A stretch of 64,000 nt of DNA from an uncultured Gemmatimonadaceae bacterium (GCA_963781585.1 CAWAGQ010000004.1:1038622-1102621); one strand, 5' to 3'; positions 37,404 to 48,296 are shown, counted from the first letter of the stretch. Numbers and translations are program-made. The notes: a model not told the origin generated them from the sequence alone.

Positions 37404-39316
37404 CGTCCGGCCTCCCCACCGCGCGTCGTTCGGGCGCGAATCGTGTCCAGGATCGCTGCCGGACGGAGCGGCTCGCCGGGGACCCGCGTCCAGCAATCGA
37501 CGTCCACCAGGGTGCTCGCCCGCAGCAGGGTACAGAGTTGTCCGCGCCGCCGGTTCTCCTCGGTGACATAGGGATCGCCCGACTGGTCGCTGTAGTTGAG
37601 TTCGACCGTCAGGACGTCGCGGAAGCGCGCGAAGATCTCCTTTAGCCCAGGCTCCAGTGGCGACAGGAACCGAAGGTGGACCGCGGACACGGCGATGCCG
37701 CTGTCGCGCGCGCGGTCCACGGCTTCCTCGATCGCCCCTTTCGTGCTTCCCCACCCCACGATCAACAGGTCGCCTGCATCGTCGCCATGGATTTCAGGCG
37801 GCCGCAGCATGGACTGCAGCACCGCCAGCTTCCGGCTTCGCATCGTGCTCGCACGCTGATGCACGCCGGCGCTGTACGCGACTTTGCTCCCTTCGTCGTG
37901 CGAGAGGCCCGTAAGCGTGTGCAGACCGCCGATCTGTCCCGGAATGAACCGGCGCGACAGCCCGGTGGCCGGGTCCCAGTCATACGGGCGCTTGCCATCC
38001 GGCACGCGGCCCAGGTCGAGCGGCGGCGCCTGCCAGGCAGTGTCGAGCACCGGACGCGGGAAGGGTTGCACGCCGGTGGCGAGGTTCGCGTCGGAGAGGA
38101 CGACTACGACGGTGCGGAACGCCTCGGCGAGCCGCCGCGCGGTAACCATCACGTGGAAGCACTCTTCGATGGTCGCCGGGGCGATGACGATGCGCGGCGC
38201 GTCGCCAGGCTGGCCGAACAGGGCCGCGAGCAGATCCGACTGCTCCACCTTGGTAGGAAGGCCGGTGCTCGGACCGCCGCGCTGCACGTCGACCACCACG
38301 AGCGGCACTTCGGTCATCACCGCGAGACCGATGAATTCCGTCTTGAGCGCGAGGCCCGGACCCGACGTCACCGTAAAGGCCACCTTGCCGGCGTAGGACG
38401 CGCCGATGGCGACCCCGGCGGCGGCGATCTCGTCTTCGGCCTGGTGCACCACGCCGCCGAACTTCTCGAACACCTCGCCCAGGTAGTGCGAGACCGACGT
38501 CGCGGGCGTGATGGGGTACATGGCGCAGAGTTCGAGTCCGGCAGCGATCGCACCCATTCCGAGCGCCTCGTTACCGTTCATCACCACCATCGCCTTGTCG
38601 CTGGGCACGGGTGGCACATCGATCCGGAAATCGAGGTGCGCCGCCGCCCAGTGAACCCCGAGGCGCACCAGGTCCACGTTGCGCCGGTACACGTCGTCGG
38701 ACTTCTTGCGAAAGGCGTGCGCGATCTGCTCGTCGATTCGCTCCAGGTCCCGCCCGTAGATCCAGGCGAGAATACCGAGCGCGAACATGTTCTTGCCCTT
38801 GCGCGGATTATCGACCAGCGTCAGGCACTCTTCCTCCATCGGGACGGGGATGATGCGGTAATGGTGTCCCGAGAGTTCCTCCATCGCGGCTGACCAGGCG
38901 GCGCGGATGGACTCGTCGTCGTGCGTAGCCCAGCGGTCTTCCAGCAGAATCACCGCGTCCTCAGCCAGCGCGCCGAGACGGTGCCTTGCCAGCAGCACCT
39001 GTTCATTGAAGGCGACAACGAGGTTGGTGTGGTCGCCCCAGTTGGTCACGGCGCCGGTGCCGAGGCGGATCCGGATGCCGCTGGCGCCTTCAGGAGCGCG
39101 GGGCGGGGGCTGGATTTCGGCGGGGATGATCTCGACAGTCCAGACGCCATTCCCCGTCTTCGCCGACACGGCGCCGAAGATCTGGCCGCATTTCTGCGCG
39201 CCTTCGCCCGAGTCGGAGACAATTTCCACCGTGTGTTCGCGAACGCGCGTCGCCGGCGGCGCGTCTGGAGCCGCCATTGCATCGTTCGACAGCACGGTTT
39301 CGGAAAGCACAGGCAC
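37400..39316 (-). CDS. korA: 2-oxoacid:acceptor oxidoreductase alpha subunit (gamma-alpha fusion)
   Basis: DSGEGAQ, PAEIQ, MNGNEA, YPITPAT, QAEDEIAA, TSGPGLALK, QRGGPSTGLPTK, GWGST; start uncertain (39277-39364). Confidence 0.92.
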   Translation of the reverse strand: MPVLSETVLSNDAMAAPDAPPATRVREHTVEIVSDSGEGAQKCGQIFGAVSAKTGNGVWTVEIIPAEIQPPPRAPEGASGIRIRLGTGAVTNWGDHTNLVVAFNEQVLLARHRLGALAEDAVILLEDRWATHDDESIRAAWSAAMEELSGHHYRIIPVPMEEECLTLVDNPRKGKNMFALGILAWIYGRDLERIDEQIAHAFRKKSDDVYRRNVDLVRLGVHWAAAHLDFRIDVPPVPSDKAMVVMNGNEALGMGAIAAGLELCAMYPITPATSVSHYLGEVFEKFGGVVHQAEDEIAAAGVAIGASYAGKVAFTVTSGPGLALKTEFIGLAVMTEVPLVVVDVQRGGPSTGLPTKVEQSDLLAALFGQPGDAPRIVIAPATIEECFHVMVTARRLAEAFRTVVVVLSDANLATGVQPFPRPVLDTAWQAPPLDLGRVPDGKRPYDWDPATGLSRRFIPGQIGGLHTLTGLSHDEGSKVAYSAGVHQRASTMRSRKLAVLQSMLRPPEIHGDDAGDLLIVGWGSTKGAIEEAVDRARDSGIAVSAVHLRFLSPLEPGLKEIFARFRDVLTVELNYSDQSGDPYVTEENRRRGQLCTLLRASTLVDVDCWTRVPGEPLRPAAILDTIRARTTRGGEAGR

Positions 39317-39588
39317 GCGTCGCCCCCCCTTCCGGGGTTGAGCCAATGGAGGGCAGGGGCACACGAGCGCCCAGTGGAAGCGGCCTTGCCACTGGCGTGA
39401 TCTCTTGCCGGAACCGGGCGACCGTCCTCACCTGTCGGGTGAACGACGAGCTCCAGCACCGTTGGGCGAACCATAGGCCGCCACGGAGAAGGGCGTCTGT
39501 AGGGGACGCGCCGATGGAATGCGAGGGATCGTCGGTCAGCCGCGTGTCAGGCAATCGCTGACGCGCCGAGCGCGCCTACCGACCCGCG

Positions 39589-40770
39589 TCAGACCGGCGC
39601 GAGGGACCGCTGGCGCACGCGCCCCGCCCGGCTCGCCGCTTCGCGCAGCCGCTCTGGTGAGGTGATGAATGAGACGCGGAAGAAGCCTTCACCGCCGGAC
39701 CCGAACCCCGAGCCGGGAAGCACGATCACGCCTTCCTCCTCGAGCAGGCGCTCGGCGAACAGCGCGCTCGGCACGCCGTCGGGAACCGGGATCCAGAGGT
39801 ACATCGTGGCCCGGGGCGCGTCGCAGGAGAAGCCCGCGGCGCGAAACGCAGCGACCGCCGCGTCCCGTCGCTCGCGGAAGACGCGCAGATTCCCGGGCAC
39901 GAATTCCGCCCAACTCTCGAGCGCGGCGACCGCGGCGTACTGGATCCCCATGTACGCGCCGGTGTCCACGAACGACTTCACACGGGCGAGGGCGCCACAG
40001 AGCTCCGGATTGCCGATCGCCCATCCGCAGCGCCAGCCGGTCATGTTGTAGGTCTTGCTGAGCGAGTGAAACTCGATCGCCACCTCGCGTGCTCCGTCGA
40101 TCTCGAAGATGCTCGGCGGCAGATAGCCGTCGTAGGCCATCTCCGAGTAGGCGTTGTCGTACGCAAGGATGATGTCGCGCTCGCGACAGCGCCGGACGAC
40201 GTCAGCGAGATACTCACGCGGTGCGACCGCGGCGGTCGGATTGTTGGGATAGTTCAGGTAGAGGACGCGCGTGCGGCGGAGGACCTCGTCGGGAACGGCA
40301 TCGAGGTCGACGAGGAAGTTCGTGGCCGGGCGCAGGGGAAAGGAATACACCTCGGCGTCGGACAGGAGGGTGCCGCCGGCGTAGGCCATATAGCCCGGCT
40401 CGGGCACGACGGCCGCGTCGCCGCGCTGCAGATACGCGAACGCGAGGTGGGCGATTCCTTCCTTGGATCCGATCAGCGGCACCACTTCGCGGAGAGGATC
40501 GAAGGTGAGGCCGAAGCGGGTCTTCGTCCAGGAGACGATTGCTTCCCGGAATGGCACGTAGCCCAGCCCGAAGCCATAGCGGCCTAACGATGGCAGCTCC
40601 GCGGCGCGCGCGAGGGCCTCGATGGCGGCCGGCGGCGGCGCCAGGTCGGCGTCCCCGGCGCCCAGGTCGATGACATCCACGCCCTTCGCAAGCAGTTCGC
40701 GTTTGCGCTGGGGAATGTGCGCCAGCGGATACGGCGGGAGCGCGGTGAAACGGCTGGTCTGAGGCGGCAT
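39589..40770 (-). CDS. Class I/II PLP aminotransferase (LL-diaminopimelate aminotransferase/AlaC-like)
   Basis: IDLGAGD, GSKEG, LNYPNNPT, DNAYSE, SLSKTYNMTGWR PLP-lysine motif. Confidence 0.88.
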   Translation of the reverse strand: MPPQTSRFTALPPYPLAHIPQRKRELLAKGVDVIDLGAGDADLAPPPAAIEALARAAELPSLGRYGFGLGYVPFREAIVSWTKTRFGLTFDPLREVVPLIGSKEGIAHLAFAYLQRGDAAVVPEPGYMAYAGGTLLSDAEVYSFPLRPATNFLVDLDAVPDEVLRRTRVLYLNYPNNPTAAVAPREYLADVVRRCRERDIILAYDNAYSEMAYDGYLPPSIFEIDGAREVAIEFHSLSKTYNMTGWRCGWAIGNPELCGALARVKSFVDTGAYMGIQYAAVAALESWAEFVPGNLRVFRERRDAAVAAFRAAGFSCDAPRATMYLWIPVPDGVPSALFAERLLEEEGVIVLPGSGFGSGGEGFFRVSFITSPERLREAASRAGRVRQRSLAPV

Positions 40771-40863
40771 GGCAAGGGCGGCCCTGAAGGTGGATTTGGC
40801 GCGCTGTGGCTGGCCGCAACCGAAGTCGGCGCTGAACGCTGACGGCTGACCGCCGCCCCCGCG

Positions 40864-41610
40864 TCACCAGCGCCGCACGACCCGTGCGGTCACAATGTAA
40901 TCCAGGCGCGGAAACCGGCGCCGCAAGTAGGCATTCCCCTGCAACCGGATCGAGTCCTGCGATGGACCGGGGAAGGTCTGACCACCCCGCGTCCCGGAGT
41001 ATTCCCAGGTGAGCGAATCGAGCACCGACAGCCCCTGCACGACCTCACCGATCGGCGGGAAACCGAAGCCATTGAGGGTATCGAGTCGCGGGGTGTTGTC
41101 GACGGTGTTGAAGAAGAGCTGGACCGAGCGTGTGTTCGGTCCCCCGCGCGCAAACGCCAGGGCGCCGCGACGGTTCGGTGCCTTCACCGGGTCGTCGGGA
41201 ATTGTCTGCCCCCGCCAGGCGGCATTCACCGAAGGATCCCCGTGCAGCCCGAACTGCGCGACGAAGTTCCGGATCGTGCGAAAGAAGGCGGCATCGTCGA
41301 AGTAGCCGGCGCGCACCAGACCGTAGTAGCGATCCGCTCCGTGTGGCGACCAGTCGCGGCGGACTCGCACCATCATTGCGCCTTTTGTCGTAACCAACTC
41401 GACGTCGAACGAGTCGGGCGCCACCGCACTGTATTCCCGTGACCCGGGCGCGAACAGCGAGGTGCGGTGCGTGCACCCGAGGGTCGTCGCGCCCCCGAGC
41501 ATGGCGCAGAATGCAGCGACCCGAAGCCCGGGCCTCACACGCTGCCGCCTCGACCGCGGAAACTGCTGTGCACGCGAGAACGCTGAGCGCATCGGCGCGG
41601 AATGTACCAC
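40864..41610 (-). CDS. Cyclophilin-type peptidyl-prolyl isomerase (likely exported)
   Basis: TTKG, GYFDDAAFFR, FVAQFG, RGALAFA, RSVQLFFN, GFPPIGEVVQG; true start probably downstream of 41610. Confidence 0.85.
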   Translation of the reverse strand: MVHSAPMRSAFSRAQQFPRSRRQRVRPGLRVAAFCAMLGGATTLGCTHRTSLFAPGSREYSAVAPDSFDVELVTTKGAMMVRVRRDWSPHGADRYYGLVRAGYFDDAAFFRTIRNFVAQFGLHGDPSVNAAWRGQTIPDDPVKAPNRRGALAFARGGPNTRSVQLFFNTVDNTPRLDTLNGFGFPPIGEVVQGLSVLDSLTWEYSGTRGGQTFPGPSQDSIRLQGNAYLRRRFPRLDYIVTARVVRRW

Positions 41611-41625
41611 TGCGGTTACCCTGTG

Positions 41626-42117
41626 TCATTCATCCGGCGACACGCCGAGGTGCACCGCAAGGCGGTCCAGCAGCTCGGTCTGGGCGCCATTGATCTTCGT
41701 CCGGGCCACTGGAAGCGGAAACCAGGCGCATCGGTCCACCTCCGGAAACGTCTCCCAGCGTCCCGATCCCGGAGGGCGTTCCACGCGCACGACGTTGCTG
41801 CGGAGCGCGCTGATGTCGGCGTCACCCCGACAGCCCCAGGCGAACACCGTCTTCCCTGCCTTCTGGCGGACGCTTCCGAGGGACACGAAGGGCCCCTCTG
41901 GCGCCATTCCGGTCTCCTCCTCGAACTCGCGCCGAGCCGCCTCGAGCAGATCTTCGCCCGCGGCGACCTCCCCTTTCGGGATTGACCACGCGCCGAGGTC
42001 CCGTCGCCGCCAGAACGGACCGCCTGGATGGGCGAGCAGCACCTCGAGCCCGCCGGCACCACTCCGATACAGAAGGAGCCCGGCGCTGACGGCGCGCGGC
42101 GTCGGCCGTGTCGACAT
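41626..42117 (-). CDS. NUDIX hydrolase
   Basis: SAGLLLYR, HPGGPFW, KGE...AARREFEEETG Nudix box, FPEVDR. Confidence 0.9.
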   Translation of the reverse strand: MSTRPTPRAVSAGLLLYRSGAGGLEVLLAHPGGPFWRRRDLGAWSIPKGEVAAGEDLLEAARREFEEETGMAPEGPFVSLGSVRQKAGKTVFAWGCRGDADISALRSNVVRVERPPGSGRWETFPEVDRCAWFPLPVARTKINGAQTELLDRLAVHLGVSPDE

Positions 42118-42178
42118 GCAACGCCCGATCCCGCGGCCTAACGAGATCTGGTACGCGATGCGCTCGCGCCCGGCAGGA

Positions 42179-42714
42179 TCATGACGAACCCGGTCCGGGA
42201 AGCCGCGCCGGTCGCGAGGCAGACAAGTCGCGCCCGGCGTCCGCAGTCGCCTGCTGCAGCAGATGCTCGCTCACGGCCAGCGCCAGCTCGCTGGTGAATT
42301 CGCGCGCCACCTGGCTGTCGGCACCGCGAATCTCGAGCACCATCTCGGCCGGGTGTTCGAGCACCAGCCCCGATACGCCCCCTTCGCCGGCCAATGCGTC
42401 GAACGCCCGCAGGTCGGCGGCGTTGAGCACCACGACCTGGCGGGGGAGCCAGTTCCGCCATCGCCGGTGCACGCGCGCTCCCGCCAGACCCGACAACGGC
42501 ACCGAGACTTCCCGCAGCGGCGCCAGTTCACGATCGGTGCGGATCTCGCGCCCAACCCGGCTCACCTCGACGCTCGCCCGCCACTGGATCACCAGACGGT
42601 CGTCCTCCAGGCGGAGCAGGCCGTGAATCTCTTCGCGGGTGGACGTGATCTCGCGACGGCTCACCACCCATGTTCTCGTCGGAGGACGAATGGCAACGCG
42701 GAGAGATGAGACAT
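42179..42714 (-). CDS. Hypothetical protein, possibly frameshifted near the 5' end
   Basis: Main ORF 42179-42667 has good codon bias; a 17-codon ORF from ATG 42714 abuts it in another frame. Confidence 0.55.
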
Positions 42715-42777
42715 GTCAATCGGGATGCGGAGGTCGTGGTCGACGATGGCCAGTCCTGCAACCGGCGCAGTTAGGCA

Positions 42778-43065
42778 TCACCGAATCCCGAGCCACTCCG
42801 GAAAGTTCTGGATCGCGGAGCGCACCACCAATACGAGCAGAACTCCGGCGATGGCACAGCGTACCAGGGCCCCAACCACGGGGAGCAGGCGGTTCTCGCC
42901 CGGGGTGTGGTGGGTGAGCCGGTTGAACAGCGCCCGAACGCTGCTGATCGCGAACCAGGCGAGGCCGTACGCGAACACCATCAGCAGCAAGACGAGGAAT
43001 CGCGTTCCCCACACGCCGGCGTGCTCCACCAGCCAGTCGACCAGATCCTCGAAGAGTCCTTTCAC
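42778..43065 (-). CDS. Small membrane protein (2 TM)
   Basis: GAGGA RBS then GTG 43065 right after paaZ stop; two hydrophobic stretches. Confidence 0.6.
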   Translation of the reverse strand: MKGLFEDLVDWLVEHAGVWGTRFLVLLLMVFAYGLAWFAISSVRALFNRLTHHTPGENRLLPVVGALVRCAIAGVLLVLVVRSAIQNFPEWLGIR

Positions 43066-43075
43066 GATCGTTTCC

Positions 43076-45124
43076 TCAGGATGTCGCGGCGTCACGCCGC
43101 CGCACCAGGGTGAGGATCGTGTAGGTCGCCACGAGCTCGTTCTCCTGATTCGTGACGCCGACGTCCCACGCCACGACACCCTGCGGAACGCCGTCGGGGG
43201 GCGTTTCTTTCAGCGTCTTCGACTTGCAGGTGAGGCGGGCCCGGATCGTATCGCCGATGTAGACCGGTTTGGTGAAGCGCAGATTCTCCAGGCCGTAGTT
43301 GGCCAGCACCGGTCCCGGGGCGGGATCGACGAACAGCCCGGCGGCCGCCGAGAGCACGAAGTAGCCGTGCGCGACGCGGCGCCCGAAGATGGACTCCCTG
43401 GCCGCGATGTCGTCGACGTGCGCGTAGAAGTGATCGCCGCTGATGGCGGCGAAGTTGACGATGTCCGCCTCGGTCACGGTGCGGCGATGGGTGGTGAGGG
43501 TCTCGCCGATCGCAAGCTCGTCGAAATACTTGCGGAACGGGTGCACCTGATCGGCGGACTGGGCGGCCCCGGTAATCCACTCCCTCGTTATGCGGGTGAT
43601 CGTCGTGGGGGAGCCTTGCACCGCCGTGCGCTGCATGTAGTGGAGCACGCCGCGCACGCCCCCCATCTCCTCGCCACCGCCCGCCCGGCCCGGGCCGCCG
43701 TGCACGAGGTGCGGCAGCGGTGAGCCGTGGCCCGTGGACTCCCGCGCGCAGTGGCGGTTCACCACCACGAGTCGCCCGTGATACGATGCCGTTCCCAACA
43801 CCACCTCGCGCGCCACGGCATCGTCGGCGGTGAACAACGAGCCGCACAGACTGCCGCGCCCACGCCGGGCCAGGTCGATGGCGTCGTCCACGCTGTCGTA
43901 GGGCATGACCGTGTTCACCGGTCCGAACGCCTCGATCTCGTGCGGCTGCGAATGCGCACGCGGCTCGCTGCAGGCCAGCAACGTGATCGGAAAGAACGCC
44001 CCGGAACCGGCCGGCACGCCGACCGGTTCGATGCCGTCGCCGCCAAACACCACCTCGGCTCCGGCCTCCAGTGCCTGCAGCCGCTCGCGGACTTCGCGCA
44101 CCTGCGGCGTGCCGGCAAGGGGGCCCATCTTCACGCCCTCGACCGCGGGATCGCCCACCTTCACGTCGCCAAGACGCTTCCGGAGCGCCTGCACCACGTC
44201 GTACATCATTCCGTTGGGGACGAGGGTGCGTCGAATGGCGGTGCACTTCTGTCCGGCCTTGGACGTCATCTCGCGCACGACTTCCTTCACGAACAACTCG
44301 AACTCCTCGGTTCCGGGCGCGGCGTCCGGTCCAAGCAGCGAATAGTTGAGCGAGTCGGCTTCCTGATTGAAGCGTACCGCGCCGTTGACGATCGCCTCAC
44401 GCTCGCGCAGCATGCGGCCCGTGGCCGCCGAGCCGGTGAACGCCACCGCGTCCTGTCCTCCGAGGTGGTCGAGCAGGTCGCCGGCGCTTCCGCAGATGAG
44501 CTGCACGGCGCCGGCGGGCAGGATCCCGGATTCGGTCAGTACCCGAAATACCCGTGCGGTGAGATAGCTGGTCAGGGTGGCCGGCTTCACGATGGCCGGC
44601 ATGCCGGCCAGCAGGGTGGGCGCGAGCTTCTCCAGCATGCCCCAGGCGGGGAAGTTGAAGGCGTTGATGTGCACAGCCACGCCTGCCAGTGGAACGCAGA
44701 TGTGCCGCGCCACGAACGTGCCGTTCTTCGAGATCCCCTCCATGGGGCCGTCCAGGTAGAACGACTCGTCAGGCAGCTCGCGTCGGCCCTTGCTGGCGTA
44801 GACGAAGAACGTGCCGATGCCGCCGTCGATGTCGATCCACGAGTCGTTCCGGGTGGCGCCGGTGGCCGCCGACAGCGCGTACAGCTCGTCCTTGCGCTCG
44901 TTCAGATACATCGCGAGCGCCTTGAGCATCCGCGCGCGTTCGTGGAAGGTCATGCGACGCAGCGCCGGGCCGCCCACCTCCCGGGCGTGGCGCACCATGG
45001 CCCCGAAGTCGAGGCCATCGGACGACGCGATGGCGACCTGGTCGCCCGTCACCGCATGATAAAGCGGCGTTCCCGGACCGGACCCGTCGATCCATCGGTC
45101 AAGTGCGTAATGCTGCAGGCGCAT
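43076..45124 (-). CDS. paaZ: Oxepin-CoA hydrolase / 3-oxo-5,6-dehydrosuberyl-CoA semialdehyde dehydrogenase
   Basis: ALDH domain ([27 protein letters not shown]) fused to MaoC domain (GDHFYAH, AHGYF). Confidence 0.95.
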   Translation of the reverse strand: MRLQHYALDRWIDGSGPGTPLYHAVTGDQVAIASSDGLDFGAMVRHAREVGGPALRRMTFHERARMLKALAMYLNERKDELYALSAATGATRNDSWIDIDGGIGTFFVYASKGRRELPDESFYLDGPMEGISKNGTFVARHICVPLAGVAVHINAFNFPAWGMLEKLAPTLLAGMPAIVKPATLTSYLTARVFRVLTESGILPAGAVQLICGSAGDLLDHLGGQDAVAFTGSAATGRMLREREAIVNGAVRFNQEADSLNYSLLGPDAAPGTEEFELFVKEVVREMTSKAGQKCTAIRRTLVPNGMMYDVVQALRKRLGDVKVGDPAVEGVKMGPLAGTPQVREVRERLQALEAGAEVVFGGDGIEPVGVPAGSGAFFPITLLACSEPRAHSQPHEIEAFGPVNTVMPYDSVDDAIDLARRGRGSLCGSLFTADDAVAREVVLGTASYHGRLVVVNRHCARESTGHGSPLPHLVHGGPGRAGGGEEMGGVRGVLHYMQRTAVQGSPTTITRITREWITGAAQSADQVHPFRKYFDELAIGETLTTHRRTVTEADIVNFAAISGDHFYAHVDDIAARESIFGRRVAHGYFVLSAAAGLFVDPAPGPVLANYGLENLRFTKPVYIGDTIRARLTCKSKTLKETPPDGVPQGVVAWDVGVTNQENELVATYTILTLVRRRDAATS

Positions 45125-45146
45125 GAGGGGGAACGGCGTCCGCTGG

Positions 45147-46385
45147 TCAGATGATCGACTTGACGCCGTTCAGCGCGCGCCGCCACAGGTGCGGCCGCGG
45201 CCCGGGGGTCCGCCCACGTCGGGCCACGACGTGATACGCCTGCAGGGTATTGTTCCGGAACGCATGGGCGCCGCCCCAGAGGTACAACTGCCACGCACGA
45301 AACAGGCGCTCGCCCCAGCGGCGGACGATCAGATCGCGAGCCGCGTCGAATCGCTCGGCCCATCGCATCATCGTCAACTCGTAGTCCCGGGTCTCGCTCT
45401 GCACCTCCAGCAGATCCATTCCGTGGTAGGACAACTCGCGCAGCAGGTCCTGCAGGCACAGAAACGTGTGCGACCCGGGCCAGATGTACTTCCGGGTGAA
45501 TGAACTGATGTCGAACTTCTCGCGCGACGCCGAGGCGTCCAGGTACAATCGGCCCTCCGGCTTCAGCAACCCCCACACGCGGCGGGCGAACGCGCGGTAG
45601 TCGGGGATGTGCTCGATGACACCGAAGATCACCACGGCGTCGTAGGGCTGCGCCGGCTGATGGACCAGAAAATCCTCGAGGCGCACCTCGGCCGTCAGGT
45701 GGGCACATTCGATGACTCGCGCCACAAACGCGCGGGAATCCTCGGCGATGGTCAGACCCGTGACGTGAATGCCACGCGACCCGAAATACTCCTCGGCCGC
45801 GCCCCATCCGGCCCCGATATCCAGAATGCGCATGCCCGGCCGGAGGGCCAGCGCACGATACGCCTGTTCCAGCTTGCGTTCGACCGCGTCCTCGAGGGTA
45901 TCGCGGTCATCGACGAAGATGCCGTGCGAATAGAGTCGGAACCGGCGGTCCAGCAGCGCCAGATAGAAGTCGTCGCCCAGCTCATAGTGCACGTCGATGG
46001 CCCGCCGGTTGAGCGACGTGCGCGGGCGAAAGAAGTGCGCGAACCAGACATTGAGGAACTCGCTGACTGGAACGCGGTCGACCAGTTGGGTGCGCACGTC
46101 GAAGGCACGGAGGAGGTCGCCCTCCACGTCGAATTCCCCATCGAGATACGATTCGGCGATACCGCGTTCGCCCAGGCCGCGCCCAAATGGTAGGTCGGTG
46201 TGAAACCGGAGTGCGAACGCCGGCGGCGATGCGCCTACGCGAACCGCCTGGCCGGATGCAAGGATGAGCTCGCAGGCGACTCCGGCGCGATCAAGCAGGC
46301 GGCGGAGGTCGGCCAGCGGCCCCTCCAGCGTGGCGTCGCGCGCCCGCACGAACTCGCGCGGGTGCGGCGTTACGGTAGTGGCCAT
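45147..46385 (-). CDS. Cyclopropane-fatty-acyl-phospholipid synthase family SAM methyltransferase
   Basis: ESYLDG, HYELGDDFY, YSHGIF, ILDIGAGWG, IEHI, KYIWPG, WQLYL. Confidence 0.85.
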   Translation of the reverse strand: MATTVTPHPREFVRARDATLEGPLADLRRLLDRAGVACELILASGQAVRVGASPPAFALRFHTDLPFGRGLGERGIAESYLDGEFDVEGDLLRAFDVRTQLVDRVPVSEFLNVWFAHFFRPRTSLNRRAIDVHYELGDDFYLALLDRRFRLYSHGIFVDDRDTLEDAVERKLEQAYRALALRPGMRILDIGAGWGAAEEYFGSRGIHVTGLTIAEDSRAFVARVIECAHLTAEVRLEDFLVHQPAQPYDAVVIFGVIEHIPDYRAFARRVWGLLKPEGRLYLDASASREKFDISSFTRKYIWPGSHTFLCLQDLLRELSYHGMDLLEVQSETRDYELTMMRWAERFDAARDLIVRRWGERLFRAWQLYLWGGAHAFRNNTLQAYHVVARRGRTPGPRPHLWRRALNGVKSII

Positions 46386-46577
46386 GAGAGTTCTCTGGTT
46401 CCGAGAAAGGGGGGCGCCGGTGCCGCGCACGGTCCTTCGCCGGCGGTCCCACCCCGTTGGGAAAATGGGAGGCCTTTGCACGCAACGGAAGGCGCGATTT
46501 GCGTGGGAGCGGGGCACCCCGGAGATTGTCAGGCATCGGTTTCTTCGGTTCGGCTCCCGCCTTCAGACCATTCCGTC

Positions 46578-48296
46578 ATGATCCGCCTTCCCGCGCGCCG
46601 AACGGCCGGCGCACTCCTCGTCGCCTGTGCCGGTGCACACGCGCTGCCCGCCCAGGACTCGTCCCAGGTCGTGCGTTCCCGACGGGGTCTGGTCGTGTCC
46701 GTTTCGGCGCCGGCGTCCGACGCCGGCGCGTCGGTTCTTGCCCGGGGCGGGAACGCGGTCGACGCGGCGGTGGCCACGGCGTTCGCGCTGGCGGTGACGC
46801 ATCCCAGCGCCGGCAACATCGGCGGCGGCGGATTCATGGTCATTCGTCAGGCAAACGGCACGGCGACCACCATCGACTACCGTGAGCGCGCGCCGCTCAA
46901 AGCCGACTCGCTGCTGTTCGCACCGGGTGGCACGCTCATCCGCGCGTTAGGCGATACCGGCTATCTGTCGGCCGGCGTCCCGGGCACCGTGCGCGGGCTG
47001 GAGCTTGCCCACCGCAAGTACGGCAAGCTGCCGTGGGCGCAGGTCGTGCAGCCGGCGGTGCAGCTTGCCAGCCGAGGGTGGCCGCTCTCGTCCGCGCTCG
47101 CGCGCGCCATCAATTCCACCGTCCACGGACGCAGTGCACGCTACCCCTCGACCGTCGAAGCCTACGGGAAGCCCGGTGGCGGCGACTGGCAGGCAGGGGA
47201 CACGATCCGCCTGCCGGCGCTGGCGCACACGCTGTCCGAAATCGCGACCAAAGGGGCGGCGGTCTTCTACACCGGCTGGATCGCCGATTCGATCGACGCC
47301 CAGATGCGGGCGCATCGCGGAGTCATGACGCGGGGAGACCTCGCGGTCTACGCCGCCGTTGAGCGTCCTCCCGTGCGGGGATCGTTTCTGGGCTACGACA
47401 TCCTGGCGATGGGCCCCCCCACGTCGGGCGGCCAGGTAGTCATCGAAACCCTGAACCTGCTCGAGAAGCTGGGCGTGGGATCGATGGAGCCGCAGTCGGC
47501 GTCGTACCTCTTCGCGCTCATCGAGGCGACGCGCCGGGCGTACTACGACCGCGCCCGGTTCCTCGGGGACGCCGATTTCGTACAGGTTCCGCTCGGCCGG
47601 CTGCTTTCCAAGGCCTACGCCGACTCGCTGGCCGCGACGATCGACCTGTCACACGCCACCAGGAGCGTCGACCTGGGAAGCGAGATCGTCACGGCGCACG
47701 AGTCGAATGAGACCACGCACTTTTCGGTGGTCGATGCCCAGGGCATGGCGGTGTCGAACACGTTCACGCTGCAGAACGGATGGGGTAACGGCATCGTGGT
47801 GCAAGGGGCGGGCTTCCTGCTGAACGATGAGATGGGCGACTTCAACCGCCTGCCCGGCGTGACCAATGCGCGTGGCGACATCGGCACGCCGGCCAACATC
47901 ATCGAACCGGGGAAGCGCATGCTGAGCTCAATGAGTCCGGTAATCCTGTCGCGCAACGGCAAACTCTTTCTGGTCACCGGTTCGCCCGGAGGACGCACCA
48001 TTCCAAACACGGTGCTCGACGTGATCCTGGGTGTCACGGCCTTTCACATGAATGTGCGGGAGGCGGTGGACGCCCCGCGGCTGCACCATCAGTGGCTCCC
48101 GGACACGACCACCATCGAGCCCGGCGGCGCCAGCGATGACGTGCTCGCCGCGCTGCGCGCGAGGGGCGAGCACGTCGGAATAGCACGCGGCCGGAATCAG
48201 GGTGACGCGCATTCGATCATGTACGATCCGGCAACCGGCACGGCGTCTGGAGCCAACGACAAGCGGAGTCCGGACTCGAAGGCCAGCAAGCCCTGA
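46578..48296 (+). CDS. ggt: Gamma-glutamyltransferase
   Basis: GGNAVDAAVA, GNIGGGGF, DYRE, GVPGTV, ETTHFSV nucleophile Thr, LNDEMGDF, RMLSSMSP, GSPGG. Confidence 0.95.
   Translation: MIRLPARRTAGALLVACAGAHALPAQDSSQVVRSRRGLVVSVSAPASDAGASVLARGGNAVDAAVATAFALAVTHPSAGNIGGGGFMVIRQANGTATTIDYRERAPLKADSLLFAPGGTLIRALGDTGYLSAGVPGTVRGLELAHRKYGKLPWAQVVQPAVQLASRGWPLSSALARAINSTVHGRSARYPSTVEAYGKPGGGDWQAGDTIRLPALAHTLSEIATKGAAVFYTGWIADSIDAQMRAHRGVMTRGDLAVYAAVERPPVRGSFLGYDILAMGPPTSGGQVVIETLNLLEKLGVGSMEPQSASYLFALIEATRRAYYDRARFLGDADFVQVPLGRLLSKAYADSLAATIDLSHATRSVDLGSEIVTAHESNETTHFSVVDAQGMAVSNTFTLQNGWGNGIVVQGAGFLLNDEMGDFNRLPGVTNARGDIGTPANIIEPGKRMLSSMSPVILSRNGKLFLVTGSPGGRTIPNTVLDVILGVTAFHMNVREAVDAPRLHHQWLPDTTTIEPGGASDDVLAALRARGEHVGIARGRNQGDAHSIMYDPATGTASGANDKRSPDSKASKP

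Noticed and set aside
39317..39588. FNR/Rex operator or riboswitch upstream of korA
   Set aside because: No TTGAT-N4-ATCAA or TTGTGAA-N4-TTCACAA match and no recognisable aptamer
46386..46577. Possible structured RNA between the cfa-like gene and ggt
   Set aside because: No recognisable riboswitch consensus; consistent with an ordinary divergent promoter region
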